The notes: generated by a model from the letters alone, not told the origin. DNA of 63,758 nt, filler included, from Octopus bimaculoides (GCF_001194135.2; 11 parts of 10 records of this genome joined end to end with filler, not necessarily neighbours in it), one strand, 5' to 3'; shown: positions 12,832 through 26,379, counted from the first letter of the whole stretch. Translations and numbers: made by a program.

Positions 12832-13722
12832 GAGGGGCTACCCAAAAGAAACAAGAATTTTGCAATATTTTTTTATTCACTTAGTTTTACATGTTTGCAA
12901 TTTTAACTCCTTCAAAGTATTCTCCATTTGAAGGAATATATCGGTCCAGGCACATTTTCCACTGTTCAAAGCTGTGCTGGAACTCTTGCGAGTCTTTTAA
13001 TGCCTCCATTCTTGTTAATCTTCATCTCTTCCACATCTGTAAATTCCATTGCTCCAGCTTTTGTCACCAGTGATGATCTTCGGAAAAAAAGGTTCGGTTC
13101 AACTTCCAACAGTTCTTTCAATTCTTGAAATGCATTCAGTTGCTGTTACTGGTTTAGATCTTCCATAAGCAAGTGAGGCACAAATTTTAATGCACCTCTT
13201 TTTATTCACAATTCCTTGCCCAAAATTCATTGACAGGAACTTCCAGACACACCAGTCATATCAATAAAATTTGTCAATTGTTTAGTGAATGTCCTCCAAG
13301 ATCAGATCATGAATTTTCACGATGTTTTCATTCATTCGGGATGTCGACGGTCATCCTGAATGTGATTGGTCTTCAAGCGACATGTGACCATTCCTAAAGC
13401 TTGAAAACCACTTTGATCATGGCAGTGGCCTTGTAAGTTGTTTGAAGCATGACAACTGTTTCAGTCACTGTTTTCCCTGCAGAAAACAAAATCTTACAGA
13501 AACACATTGTTCCTTCATTTCAGCTATCACAAAAATCAAACTAATTGGCGAGAATCACTGCAAAACAAAGAAATTCCATGTGGCAGTACGACCTCACCCG
13601 ACAACACCAGCTGGCAGACTGATGCCTGAGGGTTACATCAAGTGTCTTCTTGTGACAGAAACTTGATTTACAATGGGCTTGTCCCACAGAGAACGTTTCT
13701 TGTCACTTTTGGATATCCCCTC
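12832..13722 (-). mobile_element. Internally deleted mariner (Tc1/mariner) DNA transposon with both TIRs
   Basis: TIRs are GAGGGGCTACCCAAAAGAAACAAGAA (12832) and the reverse complement GAGGGGATATCCAAAAGTGACAAGAA (to 13722). The minus strand gives FRNGHMSLEDQSHSGRPSTSRMNEN and FEQWKMCLDRYIPSNGEYFEG. Confidence 0.85.
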
Positions 13723-13724
13723 CT

Positions 13725-13755
<31 letters not shown>

Positions 13756-13765
13756 NNNNNNNNNN

Positions 13766-13805
<40 letters not shown>

Positions 13806-14646
13806 TCCAGACATTTACACACATGCACACATTGATGCTAACATGGATATGTGTACTTTTCTCTCTGTCACACACACATTCACACATGCACATACACACA
13901 CACACACACATGCACACATTTCCTCTTTGGCGCCAACACAAATAAGGTCATGTGATTTTCTCTGAATGCATCTATGATAATAAATGTACGATCACACACA
14001 CGCGCATACATGAAGGCCAAGCAGTACAGCATGTCATTTCCAAATTTCTGGCTGAGTGAATTGCATCATAGTGCTGCTTTTCGCACAGATGGTGCCCAAC
14101 TGACCCTACTATACTGTGTAGTTAACAGAATCAAAAACAAACAATGCGCATACGTGAAATTAAAAATATAAAATGGCGATAATTTACCCACTGCACCCTA
14201 TATGTGTGCATATATATATATGCATATGTGTATATATATATATCAGGTGAGAGAGAGGAGAAGAGAAAGAAAGAGAGAGAGATAGAAAGAGAAAGATATG
14301 CAACAGCAACAACAACAGCAATTTTGATGAATGACTTTTAAATAAATTATCAAAGTTTATCAATGGATATACTACGATATCATGTTGCATATCAATTTAC
14401 ACCATCTGACCGTTTGTGATATAACATGGTAGTTTAAAAAAAACATCCAACCATTTTTTGCAAGACGTGTGAATTATAGACTAGTGAAAATTTTGAAATA
14501 CCATGAAATGGTCTTATCTTTACTTTTATCTCACCATTCTTCATAACAGACTAATCTGGCTGTTTTGCCAAATTTGCTTTTAGTATTGGTTGCGTTAAAA
14601 ATCAACCAATCAGCAGTCAATATAATCTCTCTCTCTATAATTCTTA

Positions 14647-14695
<49 letters not shown>

Positions 14696-15204
14696 GTGTG
14701 TATGTGTGTGTGTATGTGTAGGGTTTTGTTGTTCAAAGTTATTTGTTTATGTTATGCTTTTTTGTATATGATTTAAAAAGAAAATATTTCATATATTTTT
14801 TCAATGTATATGCATGTATAGACATACATACACACATGCATATATATAAATGTGTGTGTTTATAAATATACATACNNNNNNNNNNNNNNNNNNNNNNNNN
14901 NNNNNNNNNNNNNNNNNNNNNNNNNNNNNNNNNNNNNNNNNNNNNNNNNNNNNNNNNNNNTATATATATATATATATGTATATGTATATATATATGTATG
15001 TATGTATATATATAATCAGCATCATCATCGTCATTTTAACATCTGTTGACCATGCTGGCGTGGGTGTTAGTTTGCATAATACTCATATCTGCTACGACTA
15101 AGGTTTATATATATGTATACGCACATAAACATGTATATGCACATATACGTGTGTGTGTGTGTGTGTATGTATGTATGTGTGTGTATGTATATATATATAT
15201 ATAT

Positions 15205-15715
15205 ATATCATCATCATCATCGTTTAACGTCCGCTTTCCATGCTAGCATGGGTTGGACGATTCGACGGAGGACTGGTAAACCAGATGGCTACACCAGGCT
15301 CCAATCTGATTTGGCAGAGTTTCTACAGCTGGATGCCCTTCCTAACGCTAACCACTCCAAGAGTGTAGTGGGTGCTTTTTACCTGTCACCAGCATGAGGA
15401 CCAGTCCGGCGGTACTGGACAAGATGACAAAGGACCGAGGTACATGGTGCCTGGCCATACTGAGGAGGACCTGTACCCCATGGAAGAAGTGTTAAGACCA
15501 ATCCTGCTGGTGGTGAAAAGCACTTGTGTGGAGCCAGAGCCATGTAAAAGCACCGATCACACTCTGTGAAATTGTTAGCATCAGGAAAGGCATCCAGATG
15601 TAGAAACCATGCCAAATCAGACTAGAGTTTGGTGCAGCTTCCCAGCTAACCAGCTCTGGTCAAACTATCCAGTCCATGCCAGCATGGACAATAGATGCTA
15701 AATGATGATGATCAT
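15205..15715. mobile_element. Inverted pair of LINE-3'-end-like (RTE-type) tails with outward-facing (GAT)n ends
   Basis: 15205-15380 is an imperfect reverse complement of 15545-15715 (GGAAGGCATCCAG.TGTAGAAAC..GCCAAATCAGA..CCATGC.AGCATGGA..GATGATGAT). The RTE affinity is inferred. Confidence 0.6.
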
Positions 15716-15894
15716 GATATATTTACATTTATTAGTCGTTGCAAGGTTAATAACCTGGTGTAGAACTGAAGAACTCAATATACATATGCTTCAGAACAAA
15801 ACATTGAGTGCAGAGTGGTAATAAGAAAAAGAAATGACAAAGGAATAAATGATTATCTTATGAACTTCATTGGCTGACAGTTGTTTCTGCTATA

Positions 15895-15977
15895 AGGCGG
15901 TGAGCTGGCAGAAACGCTAGCACGCCGATCGAAATGCTTAGCAGTATTTTGTCTGCCATTACATTCGGAGTTCAAAT
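15895..15977 (+). mobile_element. SINE family B, tRNA head only
   Basis: AAGGCGGTGAGCTGGCAGAAACGCTAGCACGCC..GGAGTTCAAAT. Confidence 0.75.
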
Positions 15978-16176
15978 AGGCCAACAGGTTTTGGGGTCTG
16001 ATGATATGCCATAAAACTAAACCCTTTATGGATGGGAAACCTAAGGCGGTCCCATAAACTGGCCTTCCCTATTCTTAATATTTCAGGGATGATAGTGGTT
16101 TATTGAGACGATGAGTTGTGAAATTTTTCATATCAAAGAATGATAAACTCAAAAAAAGTTCTTTTTATATTCAATG

Positions 16177-16547
16177 GTAGGTGATCAGGGTTGCTGGGTG
16201 TGCAAAAAAAAAAATATGCTCTACATCTTCGAGTGTCCTTCTTCTTTCGGATTTATGTTTTCTACAACTGATATGTGTGTTTGTGTGTTCGTGTGTGTGC
16301 GTCTATACATACACACACAAGAGTTACGGAATGAAGTAGTTAAGATTTGTGCTACATTTGCCTCATGGTAGGCAGAACCTCAGAAGTGGTAAAAGTCCAC
16401 ACGAGGCATATGCTGCCAGCTACTCTTAAGGTCAAGGATATCCTTGGCCTGAAAAGTAGCCAGCAGTATACACCTCACCATGAAACATATGTAGCCCAGA
16501 TTTTACCTACTCCATTCCATAACACCCAGCAACCTTGATCACCTACC
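16177..16547. repeat. Tail-to-tail inverted dimer of an unclassified repeat
   Basis: Outer inverted repeat GGTAGGTGATCAGGGTTGCTGGGTGT (16177) / ACACCCAGCAACCTTGATCACCTACC (to 16547). An inner imperfect palindrome at about 16405-16478 is centred on GGATATCC. Confidence 0.65.
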
Positions 16548-16886
16548 ATTGAATATAAAAAGAACTTTTTTCAGTTTATCATTCTTCGATATGAAAAATT
16601 CACAACTCCCTGAAAGTTTTTTTTATATATTTACTAAGGATTGCTTGAAGTTAACTTTCTTCCTACACTTTGATCTCTGGATCTTACATTTATATAAATA
16701 TATGTGTGTAGGAATCTTTCATTTCCTTCATCAATTTTTATAATTATTATCTCAACAAATACTGCAGAATTCCTGACATAGATTCAGAGGAAATATATCC
16801 TAGCCGTAGATGACACCAGGTAGCCCAAACTGTGGATATGCTTTGCTCAACACACTAACTGACATATACTTATTAGTCCCAAAAAT

Positions 16887-16918
<32 letters not shown>

Positions 16919-17518
16919 CCTCTAACTCATGCTGACTTGGAAAAACAGATGGAAAGTAGACAAACAAACAAATGCGTGTGTATGCATGTGTATGTGAGTG
17001 TTTGTACTTGGATGTATTTTTTCACGCGTGCATGTGCGTGTGTGTATGTGTGTGTAATGTCATTTGGCATCAGTTTGGTCACTTGTTACTTTTTTGTTGT
17101 GAAATCACATGACTCTATTGGTCAGCGCTAGTTAGCAGTGAATATATTAAGGTCTGATGAAAGATAAATTAACTGAATTTGCAATATTGATCTCATACAG
17201 TCATACATTTGGCAAACGGTTTCCGATATATAGAGAAAAGAAGAAAGAAAAAGAAGAGTTGCGGAATGTATGCTGGAAAGTCATTGCAAATGGTATTAGA
17301 AATGTGAAATTATGAGCTAAATGTTTACAGAATGGAACTGAAATCATCAGGTTTGATTCTTCAGTAATGAACCTCTAAACTACCACAATTTTTGTCTGCT
17401 AATGACGTTGGCACAGCAAGCTCTGATTTACTCAGATTCTATAAAATCTTATTTTGCCCACAACCTCTTCTAAATATGGAGGGAGAAATGCCTCACTACA
17501 CAAAGGTAAACAATTATA

Positions 17519-17665
17519 GGTGCAGAAGTGGCTGTGTTGTAAGTAGCTTGCTTACTAACCACATGGTTCCGGGTTCAGTCCCACTGCATGGCACCTTAGG
17601 CAAGTGCCTTCTACCATAGTCTCGGGCTGACCAAAGCCTTGTGAGTGGATTTGGTAAACAGAAAC
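17519..17665 (+). mobile_element. SINE family A, 5' half
   Basis: GGTGCAGAAGTGGCTGTGTTGTAAG..CCGGGTTCAGTCCCACTGCATGGCACC..CCAAAGCCTTGTGAGTGGATTTGG. Confidence 0.85.
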
Positions 17666-17676
17666 AATGACAATGA

Positions 17677-17842
17677 TGGCGGTGAGCTGGCAGAAACGTT
17701 CTGAGTTCAAATTCCGCCGAGGTCAACTTTGCCTTTCATCCTTTCGGGGTCGATAAATTAAGTACCATTTATGCACTGGGGTCGATGTAATCGACTTAAT
17801 CCATTTGTCTGTCCTTGTTTGTCCCCTCTATGTATAACCCCT
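17677..17842 (+). mobile_element. SINE family B with internal deletion
   Basis: GGCGGTGAGCTGGCAGAAACGTT is joined directly to CTGAGTTCAAATTCC, a deletion between two ACGTT microhomologies. Confidence 0.85.
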
Positions 17843-18092
17843 TCAAAACGGTAGAGGAGTAGGGGCCGAAACCGGACGTGGTTCCTCCTGATGATGTTTT
17901 GAGCTAACTGGATCCTATAAAGGAGCTGTTGTGGTAGCAGACCACGAAACATGGTTGAAATTCTTCCTAGGAAACAACAATAACAATGATGATGATGATG
18001 ATTTCAAATTTTGGCCCTAGGCCAGCAATTTTGGGGATGGGAGTATGTTGATTGTCCAGTGATGGTAGGGGGACAAACACAGACACACAAGA

Positions 18093-18137
<45 letters not shown>

Positions 18138-18237
18138 NNNNNNNNNNNNNNNNNNNNNNNNNNNNNNNNNNNNNNNNNNNNTTAATTAATTAANNNNNNN
18201 NNNNNNNNNNNNNNNNNNNNNNNNNNNNNNNNNNNNN

Positions 18238-18709
18238 ACAAAGAAGACGTGTTTATTAATTGACATGAGTATTCCCTCTGATCATAATATAGCGGCGAAA
18301 GAATTTGACAAGATCAGTAAATATAAAGACTTGCTAATAGAAATTGAAAAAATGTGGCACTTCAAGGCGACTACCATACCAGTGATTGTGAGATCTCTAG
18401 GAATGATAAAAAAAAGGTACTGAAACCTATTTGGAAATGATACCAGGCTTACCATCCCTACAGGAAATGCAAAAAATCGTGCTAACTGGAACGACTCATG
18501 TACTGCGAAGAGCATTATCGTTGTGAAAACAACATCCATTCAAGATATTAAAAAAAAAAAAAAAAAATTAAATCTTAAATACATGTTTTACCTGTGAATT
18601 TGCGTGTGTAAACTGGGAATGCATACAACGAGTTTCTCTGCCCTAGGTGTACGGAAAACACTCGGCGAGAAATGGAAGAAAGTTTGAAGAAAGAAGAAAA
18701 AAAACAACA
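18238..18709 (+). mobile_element. R4/Dong-like LINE 3' end (RLE + 3'UTR)
   Basis: Reads CLLIDMSIPSDHNIAAKEFDKISKYKDLLIEIEKMWHFKATTIPVIVRSLGMI..QKIVLTGTTHVLRRALSL*. It ends in (AAT)n at about 18709 and starts at a scaffold join. Confidence 0.88.
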
Positions 18710-18944
18710 TAATAATAATAATAATTGAGATTGACAATGGTACTTGGACGCAAAATGACTCTCACGATAATTAGCAACCAAGTATTAAAGCTTATAATGT
18801 GTGGATCGTGACCCTCTGAGACCTATGATAGCAAGCTGCTGTCCGCTCTCAGAATCTACGAGAAGAAACGAGACTGAGCGTTCTGAGGAATAAAACAACA
18901 ACAACATTATTAATATTATTATTGTTGTTGTTGTTGTTGCTTTA

Positions 18945-19828
18945 TTCCTCAGAGCAGCCAGCGAGAGAGAAGAGACCCTACTCTGTATGGAATTACATGG
19001 TCAGTTCTACCGTGAAATTAAAAACAAATTAAAAACAAATTAAAAACCAGGAAGCATCATGGAGGTGGCTCAACAAGAGTAACCTAAAAAGGAATACTGA
19101 AAGCCTAATCATCGCGGCCCAGGGTCAGGCATTGAATACCAACTCAGTGAAAAAGAATATATACCACACAAGTATATCGAACCTCTGCAGAATGTGTGAG
19201 AAGAGGGTCGAAAGTGTGAATCACATTGTTAGTACTTGTGAAAGTCTTGTGCAGAGAGAGTAAAAGCGTAGACACGACAAAGTAACCCAAAACCTCCACT
19301 GGCTACTATGCCGTAAGTATGGATATGAGGTTACTGGTGCTTGGTACCAGCATGCACCGTAAGAGGTAATGGACGAAAAGGGGAAGGCAAAAATCCTCTG
19401 GGTCTTTCATTTCCAGACAAAGTGTTAGGAGGGACAAACAAGAGTGCCCAATAATCGCCGTAGCAGTGCAAGGAGATCAATACAACATCATGAAAGAAAG
19501 AGAAAAAGGTGATAAATATAGAGACCTAAGAATTGAGATCGTTAAGATGTGGCAGCTACGAGAGTCGAACATAAAGGTTGTCCCTATTGTCATCGGAGCA
19601 ATGGGTTCAATACCACCTAATCTGAAAAAAACATCTGAAAACCTTAAAAGTAGCCTACAATCTAGATGTATTGCAAAAGTCGACATTACTTAGAACTGCA
19701 TGCATATTGCGTAAAGTAATGTCTGTCTGAGGTCCTTGTTGTGACTTGACAAACAGTACAAACCCCCGGTAGATCCAATTTCTTCAATCAACAACCTCAC
19801 GATATTGTATACAGTGCGACGTCTACTA
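18945..19828 (+). mobile_element. R4/Dong-like LINE 3' part (CCHC knuckle, RHD, RLE, 3'UTR)
   Basis: Reads LHGQFY..SWRWL..TESLIIAAQGQALNT..CRMCEKRVESVNHIVSTC..RRHDKV..KYRDLRIEIVKMWQL..VPIVIGAMG. Followed by (TAA)n at 19829. The 3'UTR is shared with 36128-38540. Confidence 0.9.
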
Positions 19829-19872
19829 TAATAATAATAATAATAATAATAATTATTATTATTATTATTAAT

Positions 19873-20195
<323 letters not shown>

Positions 20196-20608
20196 GGTTA
20201 ACAGCTCACGATAAAATGTCTCAAAGGCATTATCTTTGCAAGAAATGTTAAATAGAAAACGGAACTCGAGATCGGACCAATTACTGCATATTACTTTTTC
20301 TCTCTCATAATGTCTCTTAAATTTATTAATTATTTAGTTTATTAAATATGAATTTAGTCTACTCTACTGATCCCAGCAGAATACATGAATAGTATTTATT
20401 TGAGCGAGCAAATTGAGATGAAGGTCAGAATCGAGTCTTGCGGGATTTAATCACACAGCGTAAAAGCAGGGGTTGAAAAATGATTAAAGTCAACATTTGC
20501 TACTCGTGATATCAGTTAATTGTCCTTCGAATATCAACAGATACGTTTAAAATATTTACAAAAACTTGATATCTTTCTAGTATGACGACCATGATTATGA
20601 TCACCATC

Positions 20609-21202
20609 TTCCTCCTCTTCCTCTTCCTCCTCTTCCTCTTCCTCCTCTTCCACTTCTTCCTCTTCCACTTCCTCCTCTTCCTCCTCTTCCTCTTCCTCCT
20701 CTTCCACTTCTTCCTCTTCCACTTCCTCCTCTTCCNNNNNNNNNNNNNNNNNNNNNNNNNNNNNNNNNNNNNNNNNNNNNNNNNNNNNNNNNNNNNNNNN
20801 NNNNNNNNNNNNNNNNNNNNNNNNNNNNNNNNNNNNNNNNNNNNNNNNNNNNNNNNNNNNNNNNNNNNNNNNNNNNNNNNNNNNNNNNNNNNNNNNNNNN
20901 NNNNNNNNNNNNNNNNNNNNNNNNNNNNNNNNNNNNNNNNNNNNNNNNNNNNNNNNNNNNNNNNNNNNNNNNNNNNNNNNNNNNNNNNNNNNNNNNNNNN
21001 NNNNNNNNNNNNNNNNNNNNNNNNNNNNNNNNNNNNNNNNNNNNNNNNNNNNNNNNNNNNNNNNNNNNNNNNNNNNNNNNNNNNNNNNNNNNNNNNNNNN
21101 NNNNNNNNNNNNNNNNNNNNNNNNNNNNNNNNNNNNNNNNNNNNNNNNNNNNNNNNNNNNNNTCCTCCTCCTCCTCCTCATCATCATCATCATCATCATC
21201 AT
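20609..21202. repeat. Polypyrimidine (CTC/CTT) tract with higher-order repeat, gap, then (CCT)(CAT)n
   Basis: Direct reading. The middle is an N gap. Confidence 0.85.
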
Positions 21203-22231
21203 TCAACTGATGGGTAAAAACACACTAAAACTGACTTTTCTGGCACAGAGATGTGTTGTTACTTGTGTCTGCTTCTTCTTTTGGTACAGAAAGTGGCTTT
21301 GAAACTAATCTTGTAATGAAAACCAAACCATTTGTTTCTACATATAAAGTGAAATCCTTTGGAAGATAGCATTCGTATTATTCTCTTCATTCATACAGCA
21401 TTGAACAAATATACGAAGTGTGCAAAAATCAAATACCTTTACATATCTGGGACCGTCTGTAAAGGTTATGGGACATAATCTCGTCTCCTCTGGTTGATTA
21501 AAATATGGACGATATATCAGCTGTAGTCATTGTCGTAATAACAGTTGCAATAGCAGCAGGAACCAACAGAAACAGTAGCAACTGCAGCGGCAGTGGAAGG
21601 GTCATTCTTTGACCGTGATGTATTAACTACATCTGAAGTATTTTTTGAGAATTACAGTTACTCAATTATGTAACGAGATGACCCTGTGTAAGAGCGGTAA
21701 TACCACATAACGCTGATAGATAAAAAAGACAAGCCATAATATGAGTGTAATTTAAAAAGTAGGTGACTTCAGCTAATACAAATAGAGTGGTTATTTTATT
21801 CTATCTCACTGAATCAATTTCTTCTTACATCGACCAAAGTAGAAAATCAATGAGTGTATATAGGATATGTGTGGTGAGAAAGAGAGAGCGCGTATACGAT
21901 GAAAGGGAAAGAGAGAGAGAGAAAGAGAGAGAGTAAGTAAGACAAAAGAAAGGTAGAGAGGGTGAGAGAGAACGACACAGAGCATAAGTGGAAGAAGTTG
22001 ATTGTTTCAAATACAAAGCGCGCAAGAGACATATTCTTGTGTATTTCTAGACACAGACAAATTTATAGAGGATTTTGTATGCTTATATATATCTTCTATA
22101 CAGATATAAACCTTCGCTATTTGGAAAGCGCTCCTATAATTGATACATACATACATACATGCATACAGGCATACATACATACATACATACATACATACAG
22201 ACAGAGACATATATATATATGTGTGTGTGTG

Positions 22232-22262
<31 letters not shown>

Positions 22263-22402
22263 TGGGAGGTGCGTGTGTGTATGCGTGTGTGTATGCATGT
22301 GTGTATGCGTGTGTGTATGCGTGCGCCTATGTATATTTCATGCATATATGAGAGTACAGTTCACATATAAGTATTTAAAACAGAAACCAGCTTATGTAAC
22401 TG

Positions 22403-22450
<48 letters not shown>

Positions 22451-23177
22451 NNNNNNNNNNNNNNNNNNNNNNNNNNNNNNNNNNNNNNNNNNNNNNNNNN
22501 NNNNNNNNNNNNNNNNNNNNNNNNNNNNNNNNNNNNNNNNNNNNNNNNNNNNNNNNNNNNNNNNNNNNNNNNNNNNNNNNNNNNNNNNNNNNNNNNNNNN
22601 NNNNNNNNNNNNNNNNNNNNNNNNNNNNNNNNNNNNNNNNNNNNNNNNNNNNNNNNNNNNNNNNNNNNNNNNNNNNNNNNNNNNNNNNNNNNNNNNNNNN
22701 NNNNNNNNNNNNNNNNNNNNNNNNNNNNNNNNNNNNNNNNNNNNNNNNNNNNNNNNNNNNNNNNNNNNNNNNNNNNNNNNNNNNNNNNNNNNNNNNNNNN
22801 NNNNNNNNNNNNNNNNNNNNNNNNNNNNNNNNNNNNNNNNNNNNNNNNNNNNNNNNNNNNNNNNNNNNNNNNNNNNNNNNNNNNNNNNNNNNNNNNNNNN
22901 NNNNNNNNNNNNNNNNNNNNNNNNNNNNNNNNNNNNNNNNNNNNNNNNNNNNNNNNNNNNNNNNNNNNNNNNNNNNNNNNNNNNNNNNNNNNNNNNNNNN
23001 NNNNNNNNNNNNNNNNNNNNNNNNNNNNNNNNNNNNNNNNNNNNNNNNNNNNNNNNNNNNNNNNNNNNNNNNNNNNNNNNNNNNNNNNNNNNNNNNNNNN
23101 NNNNNNNNNNNNNNNNNNNNNNNNNNNNNNNNNNNNNNNNNNNNNNNNNNNNNNNNNNNNNNNNNNNNNNNNNNNNN

Positions 23178-23261
<84 letters not shown>

Positions 23262-24099
23262 TTCTCATTCCACCTGACATGTTTACTTGCAATTCTAATT
23301 CCACTCTCTTAGACACGCTCCATTTCTTGCAAAATAACGAAGAACAACATTACGGTGGAACTATTTCAGGTAATATATAGTTTAAGAAAATAAAATTCAA
23401 ACCAGAATTCAAGAAGGAAGCAGTCAGTGTATGAAACTACTTTTGTAATCAGATAAAGAATATCTTCCTGGTCGCTCGTTTGTTTGCAAGTAACAACTAA
23501 ATTCATTTCAAACCACAACTTTTCATCTGTAAAAAAAATAAGGACACACCACATAGCGTAGTTTTGAATCTATTAACTGAAAACGAGATTCGAACGTCAT
23601 TGCTGGAACTCTTTAATCATAAATCCAGTTGATCGTAGATAATCTGGGGCTAAACTACGACTTCCTTGCATTTTCTGGTTGAGTTAAGATACTTTCATGA
23701 ATGATGATTAATGGTTTAGTGTCGATAAATTGTTTTCCAGAGCTATTCCTTCAACCGTTGTTATTGAGGAGAAAAGTTATAACTACAAGCTAGAGCAGTT
23801 TCGAAAGTTATTTAAATAGAACAACGGAATTATATTCTTATGATTCATGCACACACATACACACACGTACACGTACATAGATACAAATATATATATAATG
23901 TACGACACAACTAAGATGATATTTATATATACATATATGCACATACATACATATATGGCTGTATGTGTGTTTCAATGCTACTCGTTATTACAGAATATAA
24001 TTACATATTTTAGACACCAGGATGTGTACCAGACAGATATAAACTAATTTTCCTTGTGCAGACAGTAGTTACGTGGTCAGAAAACGTGTATAAGCCCAT

Positions 24100-24960
24100 T
24101 GTGTTCCGCTTTTTGCAGGCATATCACATGGAACATTTGCTCTTCATATCTGTTCACAGTAGATCATTTATCAAAGACAATGAAAAAACTTATCTCCTTC
24201 ATTTATCTACATCAAAATGGTTTAATACACAAGGAATACCACTAACCTAAGGAGTTTGGACACAAAACCGGCATCCTATACACACTACAAGTCATGCCCC
24301 CGAAAAAAAGCTAAAATGCCATTATTGCATCACTTGCTATACTAAAACTTGAGGCTAGACTTTAAACACTCCCAGTAAAATCACAGAACGAATACGAAAA
24401 AATGATTAATTAGGGGCGGAATCAAATTCGTTCTACATAATTTTCTGAACGTTGGTTGAAGCATTAACAAATTATCTGGGCCCACGATGAGACGGAAAGA
24501 TCGACTAAGTTACACTGATTTGAATTTGGTTTATGTTGAAGTCCAAATATATGTATAATCTAGATTAAGGTACAAGAAATCTTCCAGAAATATCTACTGG
24601 AAAGTTGTAAACGTTACTTGGATGACTGCTTCATTCTTTGAACTGAAATCCTTGACCAACCGGAATTCCAGTCCCAAGTTAACAGTATAAACAACAACAT
24701 ACTGTTCCCAATGGATAATCTAAACATAAAAATGATGCAAACATCGAAACTGGCATTCACTATAAACTAACACAAATCCTGAACGATACTTATTGTTCAC
24801 TTCTTACCACCCAAAAACAAATCCAGAGAAATGTATATTTTAATCTATCACACAGAATAAGTGTTTAGAATTTTGCAACAAGTCTCTGGGGATGAAAACA
24901 AACGATGCTTCAAGAGCAAGAAACAACATAATTAATAGATAACGGACTAGAACTCGCCAC
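24100..24960 (+). mobile_element. Penelope-like element RT pseudogene
   Basis: Across frameshifts it reads KEFGHKTGILYTL, GPTMRRKDRLSYTDLNLVYVE (cf. GTAMGTKMAPSYANL), KRYLDDCFIL, IETGIHYKLT and RYLLFTSYHPK. Confidence 0.8.
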
Positions 24961-25088
24961 ATATGGTAGAAGTTACATACGTTTTGAAATCAAATTGTTT
25001 TATACACATATATATACATCTACATACATATACATATACATATATATGTATGTATATATGCACGTGCCAGCGTGTGATTGCGTGTGAT

Positions 25089-25127
<39 letters not shown>

Positions 25128-26013
25128 TGTACAATTTGGCAGTAATTTCGTTATCATATATACATAACAGAGTGTATTCGGAAGAGAAGTTGGGAGATAT
25201 AGGAAAACGTTAACTCTGAAATTGCGATGTAAGTGCGGGCATAAGTGTAGCTACGATAAACAGGAAACTGTGCAACATGGCTTGTTTTTTACCACCATTG
25301 ATTAAGTAGATAAGGACGCATTAATGTATCAGTCTCCCCCTCCACCCCCTCTCTCTCTCTTATAAAATACATCCTGTTAACATGGCAATGGGTCGAAGTA
25401 ATGCAACCTTTAGCACTGAGCTAATCATTAGTGATTATCTTTAATTATGCCAAATCTAATTCGCTCGATGTTAATAACAATTGTGAAAGTCACTCAGAAT
25501 CAGTTGCAGTTCAGATTATCAACTATATGATTTCGACAAGTGGGCATGTTTTGACATTTATTTCACACGAGAGAAAACCTCTCGGGGAACACGACCAAGC
25601 CGCTATGAGAGGTCGTTTTGTTCTTCATTCATTGTTTGACTGATTAATTAATTAATTTTTTCCTTCTTCATTTCTCCATTCTTTGAATTTTTCCTCATGT
25701 TTTTATTCCAAACTTCATTCATTTGCCCATTTAATTTTTTAAACTTTGGACAACCGCTTCAAATATTCCGCACACTTGATGTGTGGGATGAAAATAAAAA
25801 TCCAGAAAACAAGCTATTACCGGAATTGGCCAATTCCATGGACGATCATTATATACAGAGTGCTAATTGCCTTACGTTTTAATGATAGCATCATTGAATA
25901 TACACATACTTTATATCTTTCCTAGAAACTCCCAACTAATTGCAGCTTCTCTACGCACCAAGGCCACAACCAGCACCATCACATTTATTTACATTTCACT
26001 ACATAGGTAGGTG

Positions 26014-26128
<115 letters not shown>

Positions 26129-26129
26129 T

Positions 26130-26244
26130 AACAACAAGGGTGGTCACTCTCACCCGGCAATGGGCCGAGAGGAAGCTATCCCTAAAAGGTCGGGCGGAGG
26201 TGGCAAACCCGTACATTGCATCCGTCATCGAATACCGTCTGACT
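26130..26244 (+). mobile_element. L1/Tx1-type LINE fragment
   Basis: Reads WAERKLSLKGRAEVANPYIASVIEYRLT. The nucleotide sequence is homologous to about 42195-42275. Confidence 0.75.
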
Positions 26245-26344
26245 NNNNNNNNNNNNNNNNNNNNNNNNNNNNNNNNNNNNNNNNNNNNTTAATTAATTAA
26301 NNNNNNNNNNNNNNNNNNNNNNNNNNNNNNNNNNNNNNNNNNNN

Positions 26345-26379
<35 letters not shown>

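Noticed and set aside
17519-17600. tRNA genes suggested by box A/B motifs (also other SINE heads)
   Set aside because: No cloverleaf or acceptor stem can be completed, and they continue into SINE bodies.
17860-17965. Hammerhead-like pieces (GTGGT-agcag-ACCAC-GAAAC..GTT)
   Set aside because: The adjacent CUGANGA box is corrupted (CTGTTG) and stem I is unsupported.
20534-21217. Poly-Glu/Asp or RGG-repeat protein
   Set aside because: All three frames are simple-repeat translations spanning a gap, with no unique coding flank.
21290-21369. Possible terminal exon SGFETNLVMKTKPFVSTYKVKSFGR*
   Set aside because: There is only a plausible acceptor. It is short, with no recognisable homology.
23366-23554. 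Possible minus-strand exon (DEKLWFEMNLVVTCKQ..)
   Set aside because: The acceptor is good, but there is no convincing donor and no homology.
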